Positions 9,110-18,660 of a DNA stretch of 64,000 nucleotides are shown here, one piece after another (within the stretch, counting starts at the first letter, position 1; each line of letters starts with the position of its first letter). The DNA lies in NCBI GenBank assembly GCA_025966135.1, contig JAOPVP010000038.1, positions 309 to 64,308 of the forward strand, written 5' to 3'. Source of the DNA: Frankiales bacterium (lineage in GTDB: Bacteria; Actinomycetota; Actinomycetes; Mycobacteriales; SCTD01). Position numbers and translations under genes: made by a program. Below the pieces are notes generated by a model, which saw only the letters and a program-made list of their open reading frames with translations, was not told the origin of the DNA and did no database searches.

Positions 9110-10171
9110 CTAGGAACCGGTCGGCGGGTACAGGATGCTTCGGTCAAAGCTCCCGACGTTTGCCGGCGTGATCTGAACAGGAACCAGGTACGCCTCCTTG
9201 CCGACGGGCGTGCCGTTGAGCTTCTGCGTGATCGTGTCGACCACCACCCGGCCGAGCAGCACGGAGCCGCCGACGCTGGTGTGCTGGACCCAACCCTGCG
9301 TCATGAGCTTCTCGAGGTCCGGGTCGAGGTCGACCGTGGTCACCTTCACCTCGCCCGGCTTCTTACCGGCGCTCTGCAGCGACTGCACCACGGCCTGAGC
9401 CACCACGCTGTTGAACGCGTAAATGCCCTTCACGTTCGGGTCAGCCTGCAGGATGTTCTCCGCAGCCGACAGCGAGGACGGCAGGTCAGACAGGTTGTTG
9501 AGGGCCTTGACCACCTTCACTCCGGGGCACGCGGCCAGGCCGCTCTTGACACCGACCTCACGAAGCTTGATCAAGTCGATCCCAGGAGGCCCGAGCAACA
9601 GGCCGACACCGTCACCGCTGTGGAGTTGGTCGCACAAGTACTTGCCTGAGTTGTATCCCGCCCGCTCACTGTCCTCGCCGCGCTTGAGGACCTGGTCGGT
9701 CTGCGGGAACACCCCGTCGCCTACGACGAGAACGCCGGCCTTCTGCGCTGCCAACAGGGCCGGCACGGTGCCGGTGCTGCTCGTGACCGCAATGGCGATC
9801 GCGTCGAACTTCTGCTGGACGACGTTCTCGATCTGCGAGATCTGCTTCTCGATGTTGGCGTAGCCGCCGGCGTCGAAGAAGGTGACAGTGGCGCCAACCT
9901 TGGCCGCCTCGTTGCGGTAGCCGTAGGCCTTCTGCTGGAAGTAGGGGTCCCCCGCGTTCGGGAACAGGACCGCAATCCGGTACGGCTTGTTGGCCTTGAG
10001 GCCCGGAACGACCTTCGCGATGGGCAGCGAAGCCGGGGGGCTCGCCGACGCTGTCGGCTCCGGCTGCCCAGACGACGTGGCCCCGGCGGCCTTGCTGCCG
10101 CTGCTGCCTCCGCAAGCGGCGAGCGCCAGGCTCATCACCATCGCCGGCAGGACGACCTTCATGTGCTGCAT
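9110..10171 (-). CDS. Sugar (ribose-type) ABC substrate-binding lipoprotein
   Basis: LALAAC lipobox; DPYFQ, QISQIENVVQQKFDAIAI, ILQADPNVKGIYAFN. Confidence 0.88.
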   Translation of the reverse strand: MQHMKVVLPAMVMSLALAACGGSSGSKAAGATSSGQPEPTASASPPASLPIAKVVPGLKANKPYRIAVLFPNAGDPYFQQKAYGYRNEAAKVGATVTFFDAGGYANIEKQISQIENVVQQKFDAIAIAVTSSTGTVPALLAAQKAGVLVVGDGVFPQTDQVLKRGEDSERAGYNSGKYLCDQLHSGDGVGLLLGPPGIDLIKLREVGVKSGLAACPGVKVVKALNNLSDLPSSLSAAENILQADPNVKGIYAFNSVVAQAVVQSLQSAGKKPGEVKVTTVDLDPDLEKLMTQGWVQHTSVGGSVLLGRVVVDTITQKLNGTPVGKEAYLVPVQITPANVGSFDRSILYPPTGS

Positions 10172-10233
10172 TCGAACGTGCACGTTCACCTCATGATCAG
10201 GAAAGTTGGATCGAGCCGTGGGCCGAGTCGCTC

Positions 10234-11199
10234 TCAGCGCTTGCGCCCCCCCTCGCGCAGGACTGTGAGCAGCACCGCGCCGATGGTGGCGGCGCCGATC
10301 ACGATGCGCTGGATGAACGTCGAGATACCCAACAGGTCGAGACCGTTGCTGACGATGCCGACGAGAAGCACGCCGTAGATGGTTCCGATGAGCCGCCCAC
10401 GACCGCCGAACAACGAGGTGCCACCAATGACGACAGCAGCGACCGCGTTGAGCTCCATGCCCTGGCCGAGAAGGGGCTGACCGGAACGGACGCGTGCGGT
10501 GAGGATGACACCGCCCAGCGCAGCGCAGAGCCCGCTCAGCAGGTACACCTTGAGCTTCGTCCGGGCGACCCCGATGCCCGCGAGTCTCGCTGCTTGCTCG
10601 TTGCCGCCAACGGCGTAGACGTGAGTTCCGAAGCGAGTCCGGTACAGCAGTACCGAGATGACGACGAACACGGCGGCCGCGATGACCACCGGGATCGGGA
10701 TCGGACCCGCGAAGCCGATTCCGAGCTTGAAGAACCACGAGTCGGGGAGCTGGAAGATCGGATCCCCGTTGGTGATGGTGAGTGCCGTGCCGCTCACCAC
10801 GGAGAGCATCCCCAGCGTGACGATGAACGGGGTGACCGCCGTGAACCCGATGATCAGTCCGTTGACCAAGCCGACGAGCAGGCCCGCGCCCAGAGCCATG
10901 GCGATTCCCCAGAGGGGATTGCCGTCTCGGAGACCGGTCGCGGTGAGGACGCTTGCGAGCGCGACCACGGAGCCGACCGACAGGTCGATGCCGGCGGTGA
11001 GGATGACCACGGTCTCGGCTGTGGCGATCAGGGCAAGCACCGCCACCTGCCGCGCGACGTTGGAGAAGTTCGTCGTGGCAGCGAAGTTCGGGGCTTGTAC
11101 GGAGAAGAAGACGACCAGCGCTACGAGCACCGCGGGCAGACCCGCGACCTCCCAGTTCAGCCGCGGTAACCGAAGGCGGGTCGTGGTTTCGGCGGTCAT
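10234..11199 (-). CDS. Sugar ABC permease (RbsC-like)
   Basis: GIDLSVGS, PFIVTLG, YAVGGNEQAARLAGI, ELNAVAAVVIGGTSLFGGRG. Confidence 0.95.
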   Translation of the reverse strand: MTAETTTRLRLPRLNWEVAGLPAVLVALVVFFSVQAPNFAATTNFSNVARQVAVLALIATAETVVILTAGIDLSVGSVVALASVLTATGLRDGNPLWGIAMALGAGLLVGLVNGLIIGFTAVTPFIVTLGMLSVVSGTALTITNGDPIFQLPDSWFFKLGIGFAGPIPIPVVIAAAVFVVISVLLYRTRFGTHVYAVGGNEQAARLAGIGVARTKLKVYLLSGLCAALGGVILTARVRSGQPLLGQGMELNAVAAVVIGGTSLFGGRGRLIGTIYGVLLVGIVSNGLDLLGISTFIQRIVIGAATIGAVLLTVLREGGRKR

Positions 11200-12701
11200 G
11201 CCGCCCCCTTCTCGTGAGTCAAGGCGGCGTTGAGGAGCGCCTCAGGGGAAACGCTGGCGGAGGAGAACTCGGCACTGATGTGGCCCTGACGCATCACCAG
11301 GATGCGGTCGCTGAGCCCCACCACCTCGGGAAGCTCGGAGGAGACGACCACGACGGCCTTGCCTTCGGACGCGAGCGCCGCCACGAGTTCGTAGATCTCT
11401 ATCTTGGCCCCGATGTCGACACCTCGGGTGGGCTCATCCAGCAGGAGGACGCGACTGCCGGCGGCCAGTGTCCGTGCGATGACAACCTTCTGCTGGTTGC
11501 CACCGGACAGCGTCCCGACGGCCGTCGTTCCACTCGGCGCCTTGATGCTCATCGCGGCCATGAAGCGTCCCCCCAGAGCCGCGACCCGCGAGCGTCGGAG
11601 AACTCCCCCGGATGTGCACTGGTCCAGAGCAGAGAGGCTGATGTTCTGCTGGATGTTCATGGGGAGCACCAGACCCCAGGCATGGCGGTCCTCCGGGACG
11701 AGAGCCAAGCCGCGGGCGAGGGACCGGGCAGGGGTGCCGCCGTCGAGCCGGTGCCCTTCCAGCTCGATCGTGCCGCTCGCCCGGTCCAGACCGAAGAGGC
11801 CGCGCAGCAACTCGGTCCGTCCCGCGCCAACGAGCCCGAAGATGCCGAGCACCTCGCCGGCGTGCACGTCAAAGGAGACGTCATCGACGCTGCCGGGAAT
11901 CGTGATGTTGCGGACCTTGAGCAGCGCGTCGCCGTGCGTCGTCCGGCGCGGTGGGAACTCCTCGCCCACCTCCCGGCCGACCATCAGCCGGACCAGCTCG
12001 GGCAGAGGGGTAGACGCGGGCAGCCCGTGGCTGACGATGCGGCCGTCACGCATGACGGTCACGCGGTCCGCGATCTGCTCCAGCTCCTCCAGCCGGTGGG
12101 AGATGTAGATGACGCCGACGCCCTCGGCCGTGATCTGCCGGACCCGGGTGAACAGCTCACTGGTCTCCTGCTCGGACAGCGAAGAGGTGGGTTCGTCCAG
12201 GATGAGCACCCGAGGGAGGCGCGAGAGCGCACGCACGATCTCGACAACCTGGCGCACAGCAAGGCTGAGTCGTCGCACCGGCAGGTTCGGGTTGAGCTGC
12301 AGGCCGAGCGCGGCGAGCAGCTCCGAGGCCCGCCGGTTCATGGCGTCCTCGTCCAGGAAGGGTGTTCCCGAGTGCACGAGCTCCTGGCCCAGGAACAGGT
12401 TCTGGGCGACAGTGAGGTCAGGAACCAGCGACAGCTCTTGGTGCACCGTGCTGATCCCGGCGTGCTGTGCGGCGTGCGGTGTGGCGAGCACGACCGGGTG
12501 GCCGTCGATCGCAATGGATCCGCTATCAGGTTGGACGGCGCCGGACAACATCTTGACCAACGTCGACTTGCCGGCGCCGTTCTCGCCGAGCAGGACGTGC
12601 ACCTCTCCCGGCAGCACGTCGAGGTCAACCCCGTCGAGCGCACGCACACCGGGGTAGGTCTTGGTCAGGCCGCGCACCGACACCGCCGACGTCGCGGTCA
12701 T
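11196..12701 (-). CDS. Sugar ABC ATP-binding protein (RbsA-like)
   Basis: GENGAGKS, LDEPT, PEDR, LSGGNQQK, DEPTRGVD; ATG 12701 overlaps the upstream stop. Confidence 0.95.
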   Translation of the reverse strand: MTATSAVSVRGLTKTYPGVRALDGVDLDVLPGEVHVLLGENGAGKSTLVKMLSGAVQPDSGSIAIDGHPVVLATPHAAQHAGISTVHQELSLVPDLTVAQNLFLGQELVHSGTPFLDEDAMNRRASELLAALGLQLNPNLPVRRLSLAVRQVVEIVRALSRLPRVLILDEPTSSLSEQETSELFTRVRQITAEGVGVIYISHRLEELEQIADRVTVMRDGRIVSHGLPASTPLPELVRLMVGREVGEEFPPRRTTHGDALLKVRNITIPGSVDDVSFDVHAGEVLGIFGLVGAGRTELLRGLFGLDRASGTIELEGHRLDGGTPARSLARGLALVPEDRHAWGLVLPMNIQQNISLSALDQCTSGGVLRRSRVAALGGRFMAAMSIKAPSGTTAVGTLSGGNQQKVVIARTLAAGSRVLLLDEPTRGVDIGAKIEIYELVAALASEGKAVVVVSSELPEVVGLSDRILVMRQGHISAEFSSASVSPEALLNAALTHEKGAA

Positions 12702-13885
12702 GCGCACTGCTCCAGGAGATGGACCACATCTGCATGGGTGACCGGTCGTGGGCTGCCGGCGACGACAAGATCCTGCATGACGGCATCGGCCAGCCCCGAG
12801 TAGTGCTGGGGCGTCACACCCAGGTCCTCGAGCCGAGCCGGGAGTCCAAGGCCGACGACGAGGGCCTCGACGGCATCTGCAGCTGCGGCGGCAGCTGCGG
12901 CGTCGGTGAGTCGCGTGGTGTCGACGCCGAGCGCGTCGGCAATCCGAGCCTGCTTGCTCGATGTCGCCGGCCCGAGCCAGCGCATCACCGAAGGCAGCAC
13001 GACGCACGACGTCCAACCGTGCTGCACACCATGCCGAGCACCGATCTGATGGCCGATCGCGTGGGACAAGCCCAACGTCAAGTTCATCTCACCGAAGTAC
13101 GACGCCCAGGCGCCGAGCTGCGCTTCACTGCGCGCATCGAGGTCCTGGGGGTCGCCGATGGTGGCAGGCAAGGCACGGGACAACCGGCGTATCGCGTCAA
13201 GGGCGAGAGCGTCAGTGACGGGGCCGCTTCGCGGGGAGTACACCGTCTCGATGGCGTGGTCCAGAGCCCTCATTCCGGTGCTTACCCAGAGCTCTGCGGG
13301 GGTGGTGACGCCGAGCTCTGGGTCCAGCAGGACCGACCGTGGCGTGAGCTCATCCGCAATCAGCAGGTCCTTGGTCCCGCGCTCGATGCTCGTCACGGCC
13401 CCGCAGTTGGCGAACTCAGCCGCCGACAGCGTTGTCGGGATGGCGATGATGGGCAGGGCCCGCCCGCTCGTCGGAGGCAGCTCCGTCCCGCTCGGCGGAT
13501 GGAACACTGCCCGCCAGCGCTGGAGCTCCATCACGTCACGGAGCCCCTCGCCAGCGGCCAGGGCAAGTGCCCGGCCGGCGTCGACGACACTCCCTGCACC
13601 GAGTGTCACGAGGATGTCAGGCTTGGTCTCGTTCAGCAGGTCCAGTCCTGGCTGCAGGCACGCGTAGGGCACGTGCGGTCGGACGCCGTCGAACACGCCC
13701 ACGCAACGCGAACCGAGCATCGACTCAACACGCTCGCCGAGCTCGGGCCGCCGGCGAACCGTGGGCGACGTCACGATCAGGGCGCGCTGCCCACCAAGGC
13801 GATCGAGCTCACCGAGCAGCTCGTTGAGCGAACCACGGCCGTAGTGGACGCTGTCCATGGGTAGGTAGTAGAAGTGCCCACTCAT
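12698..13885 (-). CDS. Iron-containing alcohol dehydrogenase (maleylacetate reductase-like)
   Basis: GAGSVVD, IPTTLSAAE, ALDHAIE, SHAIGHQIG...HG. Confidence 0.88.
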   Translation of the reverse strand: MSGHFYYLPMDSVHYGRGSLNELLGELDRLGGQRALIVTSPTVRRRPELGERVESMLGSRCVGVFDGVRPHVPYACLQPGLDLLNETKPDILVTLGAGSVVDAGRALALAAGEGLRDVMELQRWRAVFHPPSGTELPPTSGRALPIIAIPTTLSAAEFANCGAVTSIERGTKDLLIADELTPRSVLLDPELGVTTPAELWVSTGMRALDHAIETVYSPRSGPVTDALALDAIRRLSRALPATIGDPQDLDARSEAQLGAWASYFGEMNLTLGLSHAIGHQIGARHGVQHGWTSCVVLPSVMRWLGPATSSKQARIADALGVDTTRLTDAAAAAAAADAVEALVVGLGLPARLEDLGVTPQHYSGLADAVMQDLVVAGSPRPVTHADVVHLLEQCA

Positions 13886-15069
13886 GACTGCGCGTCTCCG
13901 TGCCAGCCGTTCTCGAAGAGGTCATCGATCAAGGCGGTGAGACCCGCGACTCCCGCTGGTATCGAGCGCTCGTCCACATCGAAGAGCCCGTCGTGGAGCG
14001 GCCGTGCCGGGCGCAGACCCGACGGGTCGCGCACTCCGAGCTTGACGTAGAGCCCGGGGCGCTGCTCGGCGTAGAGCGCGAAGTCGTCGGTCGTCATGGG
14101 TGGCTGGTCGAGGGCAACGAACGACACCTCGTCCGACACCGCAGGCGCGGCGAGCGCGCGCGCGACCAGCCGCGCATCGTTGCGAACGGCTGGCATGTCG
14201 TTCTTCCAATCGACCTCTGCGATAACGCCCGCCGCGCTCGCCAGGCCGTGAACCACACGCTCCACGGCACTCCGAAGACGCTTGGCGTCGTGCTCGTCAA
14301 TGGTACGGATCGTGCCGGTGAGCTCGGCGGCGGAGGGCACGATGCTCTGCGATTGGCCGGCCTGGAACGTGCCGACGTTGAGCGCGGCGCGACTGCCAGC
14401 GTCGACGGCACGACCGAGCAGCTGGTGAAGGGATCCGACGATGGCGCTCGCGGCGAGCAGCGCGTCACGGCCGTCGCTGGGAGTGGCAGCGTGGGCACCC
14501 GTGCCGGTGACCTTGATCTGAAAGGCCAGCTTCGCGGCCATGGCGACCTCGCGGTCGATGCCGATGACCCCCGCGTCCAGTGTCGGCCAGCAGTGCAGTC
14601 CGAGGACCACGTCGACGTCCTCGAGTACCCCTGTTTCGAGCATCTCCCGCCCACCGCTCGTCTCGCCGAACGGGATCTCCTCGGCGGGCTGAAACACGAA
14701 GGTGATCCGCCCGCGCCGAACAGCTCGCGAAGCCAAGGTCTCCGCGACTCCGAGCACCACGGTGGTGTGCACGTCATGGCCGCAGGCGTGCGCAACACCC
14801 GGGGTCGTCGAGGCATAGTCGACGGACTTCAGGTCAGCTGTCGGCAGGGCGTCGATGTCGGCACGGAGGACCACATGCGGATGCGCGCTCTCCCCTTCCA
14901 GGGTCGCGACGACGCCGGTACGCGCCTGTCCCGTCCGCGGTTCGAGCCCAGCCGTGCGCAGCCGCTCGGCCACCAGCTTGGCGGTGCGCAGCTCCTGAAA
15001 CCGCAGCTCCGGCGACCGATGCAGGTCGCGTCGGAACTCGATCAAGTCGTTCGTCAGCCGGGGGTCCAA
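13882..15069 (-). CDS. M20 family amidohydrolase
   Basis: RRDLHRSPEL, LRADIDAL, HACGHD, FQPAEE, LHDGLFDVDE; TTG start after AAAGGA. Confidence 0.93.
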   Translation of the reverse strand: MDPRLTNDLIEFRRDLHRSPELRFQELRTAKLVAERLRTAGLEPRTGQARTGVVATLEGESAHPHVVLRADIDALPTADLKSVDYASTTPGVAHACGHDVHTTVVLGVAETLASRAVRRGRITFVFQPAEEIPFGETSGGREMLETGVLEDVDVVLGLHCWPTLDAGVIGIDREVAMAAKLAFQIKVTGTGAHAATPSDGRDALLAASAIVGSLHQLLGRAVDAGSRAALNVGTFQAGQSQSIVPSAAELTGTIRTIDEHDAKRLRSAVERVVHGLASAAGVIAEVDWKNDMPAVRNDARLVARALAAPAVSDEVSFVALDQPPMTTDDFALYAEQRPGLYVKLGVRDPSGLRPARPLHDGLFDVDERSIPAGVAGLTALIDDLFENGWHGDAQS

Positions 15070-15143
15070 GAGACGTCCTTTATTAGACCTAAATTCAGAC
15101 GCACGAACCTGCCGGAGGTGGCGCGACTTGTCAAGGGCGGACG

Positions 15144-16397
15144 TCAGCGACGCGGAACGAGCCGGTCCACATCGATCCTGTAGACGGCTTGGGGGCGACC
15201 CGCGCGGGGCGGACCCTCGACTCCGCGGACGGTGGCAACCCCCGCGGTTTGAAGCGTCGTGAGCATGCGGCGCGCCGACCGGGCTCCGCAGCCGTAGGCA
15301 ACAGCGAGCTCCCGCGCTGTGAACGAGGCGGGGTCCAGTCCGCGCAAGGCGACGGTGAGCCTTGCGAGGGTGAGGGATCTCAAGCCCACCTCCCGCGCGT
15401 GTGCCAGAACGAGGCCGTCCGTCTCCCGCAAGCCGTAACCCGGGACACCGGTCGCCTCGAGACCGAGCACACTCCCGTCAGTCAACACGGTGAAGGGGCC
15501 GTGGCCGGCGCCTCCGAGGGCGAGGGCCCGCCGGGCGTTTGCCTCGGCATCAAGCACCGTCGCGCCCGCGCCGTAGCCTGCCGACCACCCCTCCGGGACG
15601 GTGGCGGCACCACCCGGCATCAGGGATCGCACTGCGGCGATGGTCGTGTGGACCACCCAGGTCCCGTCCTCCGCCGGCCGGGCCACTCCACGAAGCTGCT
15701 CGGAGAAGCTACGCACGTGCGGAGGGGCGGCGCGACGACGTCGCGTGTCCAGGGGGCGCAACACGGCGGCCGCGAGCTGCGAGCCCTCCACCTCGGCCAT
15801 CCTCATGGCTGACGCTGCGCGGGAGAGCGCCTGCCGCAGCGTCGAGCGGGTGTGCTCGATGCGCAGGACGGGTGCACCCATCTGATCCAGGGTGCGATTG
15901 ACAGCGCCCAAGCAGGTGAGGCTCAGCGCTGCTCGCCCGTCGCCGAGCGCATCAAGGTGGAATTGCACCACCTCGTCCATGGACCGAAGTCGGCCCAGTC
16001 CTGCATCGAGCGAGAGCACCTCGAACGTCGGCGCAACCCCAAGGTCTTGGAAGACCTCCGCCACGACGTCCTCGTCGATGGTGTCGACGCTGACGGCCGG
16101 GATCTCGCCTCCGGTGCGCAGCAGCACGACCGACAACGTCCGGTACAGGTCGATGGCCGTGTGCGGAACATAATCGACCGTCGCCTGCAAGACGTGCTCG
16201 TCTTCCACCGCGCGACTGAAGGGGACGCGTCCGGTGAACAGCAGCACTCGGCAGAGCTGGTCGAGATCGCGGGAGATCGACGGCACCTGGTCGACGTTGC
16301 TGTAGGCCCTGCCGATCACCTGATCAGCAAGGCCGATGTCAGCCGCTACTTCCAGGACCCGAGCCACAGAATCAGGAGAACCGACAACTCCGATCAC
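15144..16397 (-). CDS. Atypical transcriptional regulator with C-terminal winged HTH
   Basis: N-terminal IGVVGSPDSV...LLFTGRVP sensor-like region; C-terminal TARELA...RSARRML...GRPQAVY; GTG 16397 after GGAGG. Confidence 0.7.
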   Translation of the reverse strand: MIGVVGSPDSVARVLEVAADIGLADQVIGRAYSNVDQVPSISRDLDQLCRVLLFTGRVPFSRAVEDEHVLQATVDYVPHTAIDLYRTLSVVLLRTGGEIPAVSVDTIDEDVVAEVFQDLGVAPTFEVLSLDAGLGRLRSMDEVVQFHLDALGDGRAALSLTCLGAVNRTLDQMGAPVLRIEHTRSTLRQALSRAASAMRMAEVEGSQLAAAVLRPLDTRRRRAAPPHVRSFSEQLRGVARPAEDGTWVVHTTIAAVRSLMPGGAATVPEGWSAGYGAGATVLDAEANARRALALGGAGHGPFTVLTDGSVLGLEATGVPGYGLRETDGLVLAHAREVGLRSLTLARLTVALRGLDPASFTARELAVAYGCGARSARRMLTTLQTAGVATVRGVEGPPRAGRPQAVYRIDVDRLVPRR

Positions 16398-16571
16398 CGA
16401 TGTGTTCGTCCCTCCGACTTGTCTGGGGCACCAGGAGGCCCTGGACCCTGCGCCCCGTAGGTGCAACGCCGCGGATAGTAGGCCCAGCAGCGCGCCATCA
16501 CGACCAGCATCCTGCAGGGCTTCCGCTCAACGGACTGCTTGAGACCTGCTGCGTCGGGTAGCGCATCCCCC

Positions 16572-16865
16572 ATGAGCAACTTCCTGTCGGTCTCGCCTGT
16601 CACGCGCAGTTTCGACTGGACGTTCCGGAGCCGTGCGACGGGGAGGATCACGATCGCGCAGGCACCGAATGTGTCGCTCGTGCTGTTCCTGGTCCTCCGG
16701 TTCGCCCAGGCCTTGGCTGCACCATCCTCCACAGTTCACGACGTCCTGCACTGGGCGGGCGATGCGGCGCTCGCCTGGTGGGCGCTGCATGAGGTGTTGG
16801 TCGGGGTCAACCCGTTCCGCCGCCTTCTCGGTGGGGCCGTTCTGGCCTATCTGCTCGTTGGCTGA
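16572..16865 (+). CDS. Small hypothetical membrane protein
   Basis: RSRATGRITIAQAPN...GVNPFRRLLG with hydrophobic segments; resembles a conserved actinobacterial small protein. Confidence 0.65.
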   Translation: MSNFLSVSPVTRSFDWTFRSRATGRITIAQAPNVSLVLFLVLRFAQALAAPSSTVHDVLHWAGDAALAWWALHEVLVGVNPFRRLLGGAVLAYLLVG

Positions 16866-16899
16866 CCTGCCCCGGAGTGAACGGCGTGCGTGTTGCCGG

Positions 16900-18534
16900 T
16901 CAGAACTCCCCACTCCGTCTTAGGGCCCTCGGCCGACCGTCAGGGTCGTAGACACGGAGGTAGACCTGCGTCGCCCAGCGGGTCTTGGTGCTCGACAGTG
17001 CGGGGTCAACGAGGGGGCGCAGACGACCGGGCGGCCGCGGGCCGGCTCGGCCGCAGTCGCGCCAGGCTTGCAGCGCTGTGGCCGACCGACGCAGCGCATC
17101 GAAGGCGTCAAGCGGGTCGATCAGCCCGTCGTCGTCCCTGCGATCGAGGTGCTCGCGGATCAGCTGCAGCCGTAGGTCGCGGGCGTAGGTGCGCGCCCCG
17201 TCCCCGAGCCCACCCGGGTCGAGGGGCGACCGCGGGTCGCGGGTGTCGTCGAGCACCGCGGCGCTGAGCTCCGAGTCGTGCGTCCACGACCGGCGGTTGA
17301 AGTTGTCCGAGCCGATAGTGGCCCAGGTGTCGTCGACGACGCAGACCTTGGCGTGCACATAGACGGGTGTGCCGCTCGAGTTCTCGACCCCGTAGAACGC
17401 GACGCGGTCCCCACCCGCCTCCCGCATCCTCGACAGCGCCCTGTCACGACCGACGAGGTTCGGCGGCATCGAGAAGCGCCCGTCCTGGTCTGGGTGGTGG
17501 GGCAGCACCGCGACGACGTGCAGCCCGGGCTGCACCCGTAACGCGTCAGCGAAGGTGCTCGCGACTTCGGTCGACCACAGGTACTGGTCCTCGACGTAGA
17601 CCAGGCACCTGGCCCGCCGAAGCGCCTTCGTGTAGCCGTGCGCGACACTCCGTTCGCCGTCCGGCGCAAACGGGTAGCTGCCGAGCCGCTTCGGGTAGGT
17701 CCGGAGCAGCTGTACGGCATGCGTCCCGACCGGTCGCGGGTCCGGAAGCTGCGGCGGCAGCTTCCCTGCGTGCCGGTCCTCGCGACGGGCCCGCTCGGCG
17801 ATCCAGTGCAGCGGGTTGCGCGTCAACGGCTGCGGGTCCTCCCAGCGTTCGCGGAAGACGGCCTCGACATCGCCGACGACCGGTCCTCGCAGGGCCACCA
17901 TCACGTCGTGCCATGGCGGCTGTGGGCCGTAGACCTTCGCCATCAGCTGCGGCTGCGGGTCACCCCGGTGATCGGCGTCGTCGCGCCGGCCGTGGCAGAG
18001 GTCGATGCCACCGACGAAGGCGACGTCAAGGTCCGGGCGGCCGGGATGCCGCAGCACCACGAACTTCTGGTGGTGTGAACCTCCGGTGCGCACCCGCATG
18101 TCCAACAGGCACTCGCCCCCGGCCGCCTCGATCACTTCGCCGAGATGCCGGTTCTCGGCAGCGCTGAACGCCAGCTTGTCGAGGTGGGAACGCCAGAGCA
18201 GCCCACGTACGTCGACGCCGCTTCTGGCCGCCTGGCAGAAGGTCCGCGAAACCGCGCTATCGGCGTGACCGGTGAGGCGCTGATCAGGATCCCCGCGCCA
18301 GTCTGTGAACAGCAACACGTCGCCGCGCCGGAGCTGTGTCACACAACGATGCAGCTCCGCGAAGTAGGTCGACCCGTGCACCAGCGGCCTAGCGACATTG
18401 CCCGTCGACCAGGCCACGCCGCCGGGATGCCTGCCGTCCAGGCGAGACGCCGGGTTGCGACGCTCACCAGCACTGAGGAACCAATCCAGAACGGCCACGG
18501 TGTCCGTGACCTGCCCCGCGGCGCCTGGCACCAA
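16900..18534 (-). CDS. Phospholipase D-like protein
   Basis: HQKFVV...FVGGIDL (degenerate first HKD) and HAKVCVVDD...IGSDNFNRRS. The start may be slightly downstream. Confidence 0.9.
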   Translation of the reverse strand: MVPGAAGQVTDTVAVLDWFLSAGERRNPASRLDGRHPGGVAWSTGNVARPLVHGSTYFAELHRCVTQLRRGDVLLFTDWRGDPDQRLTGHADSAVSRTFCQAARSGVDVRGLLWRSHLDKLAFSAAENRHLGEVIEAAGGECLLDMRVRTGGSHHQKFVVLRHPGRPDLDVAFVGGIDLCHGRRDDADHRGDPQPQLMAKVYGPQPPWHDVMVALRGPVVGDVEAVFRERWEDPQPLTRNPLHWIAERARREDRHAGKLPPQLPDPRPVGTHAVQLLRTYPKRLGSYPFAPDGERSVAHGYTKALRRARCLVYVEDQYLWSTEVASTFADALRVQPGLHVVAVLPHHPDQDGRFSMPPNLVGRDRALSRMREAGGDRVAFYGVENSSGTPVYVHAKVCVVDDTWATIGSDNFNRRSWTHDSELSAAVLDDTRDPRSPLDPGGLGDGARTYARDLRLQLIREHLDRRDDDGLIDPLDAFDALRRSATALQAWRDCGRAGPRPPGRLRPLVDPALSSTKTRWATQVYLRVYDPDGRPRALRRSGEF

Positions 18535-18660
18535 GCCTGGTCAGCATCGCCTCGCGGGACCAGTGTTCAACACCACAGTCCAGCATGTCGGAAATCGTCA
18601 GGTATCCCTCCACGTTGCGGCCTGACAATGAGTAAGCCACGACACCAGGAGCTCGCGCAC

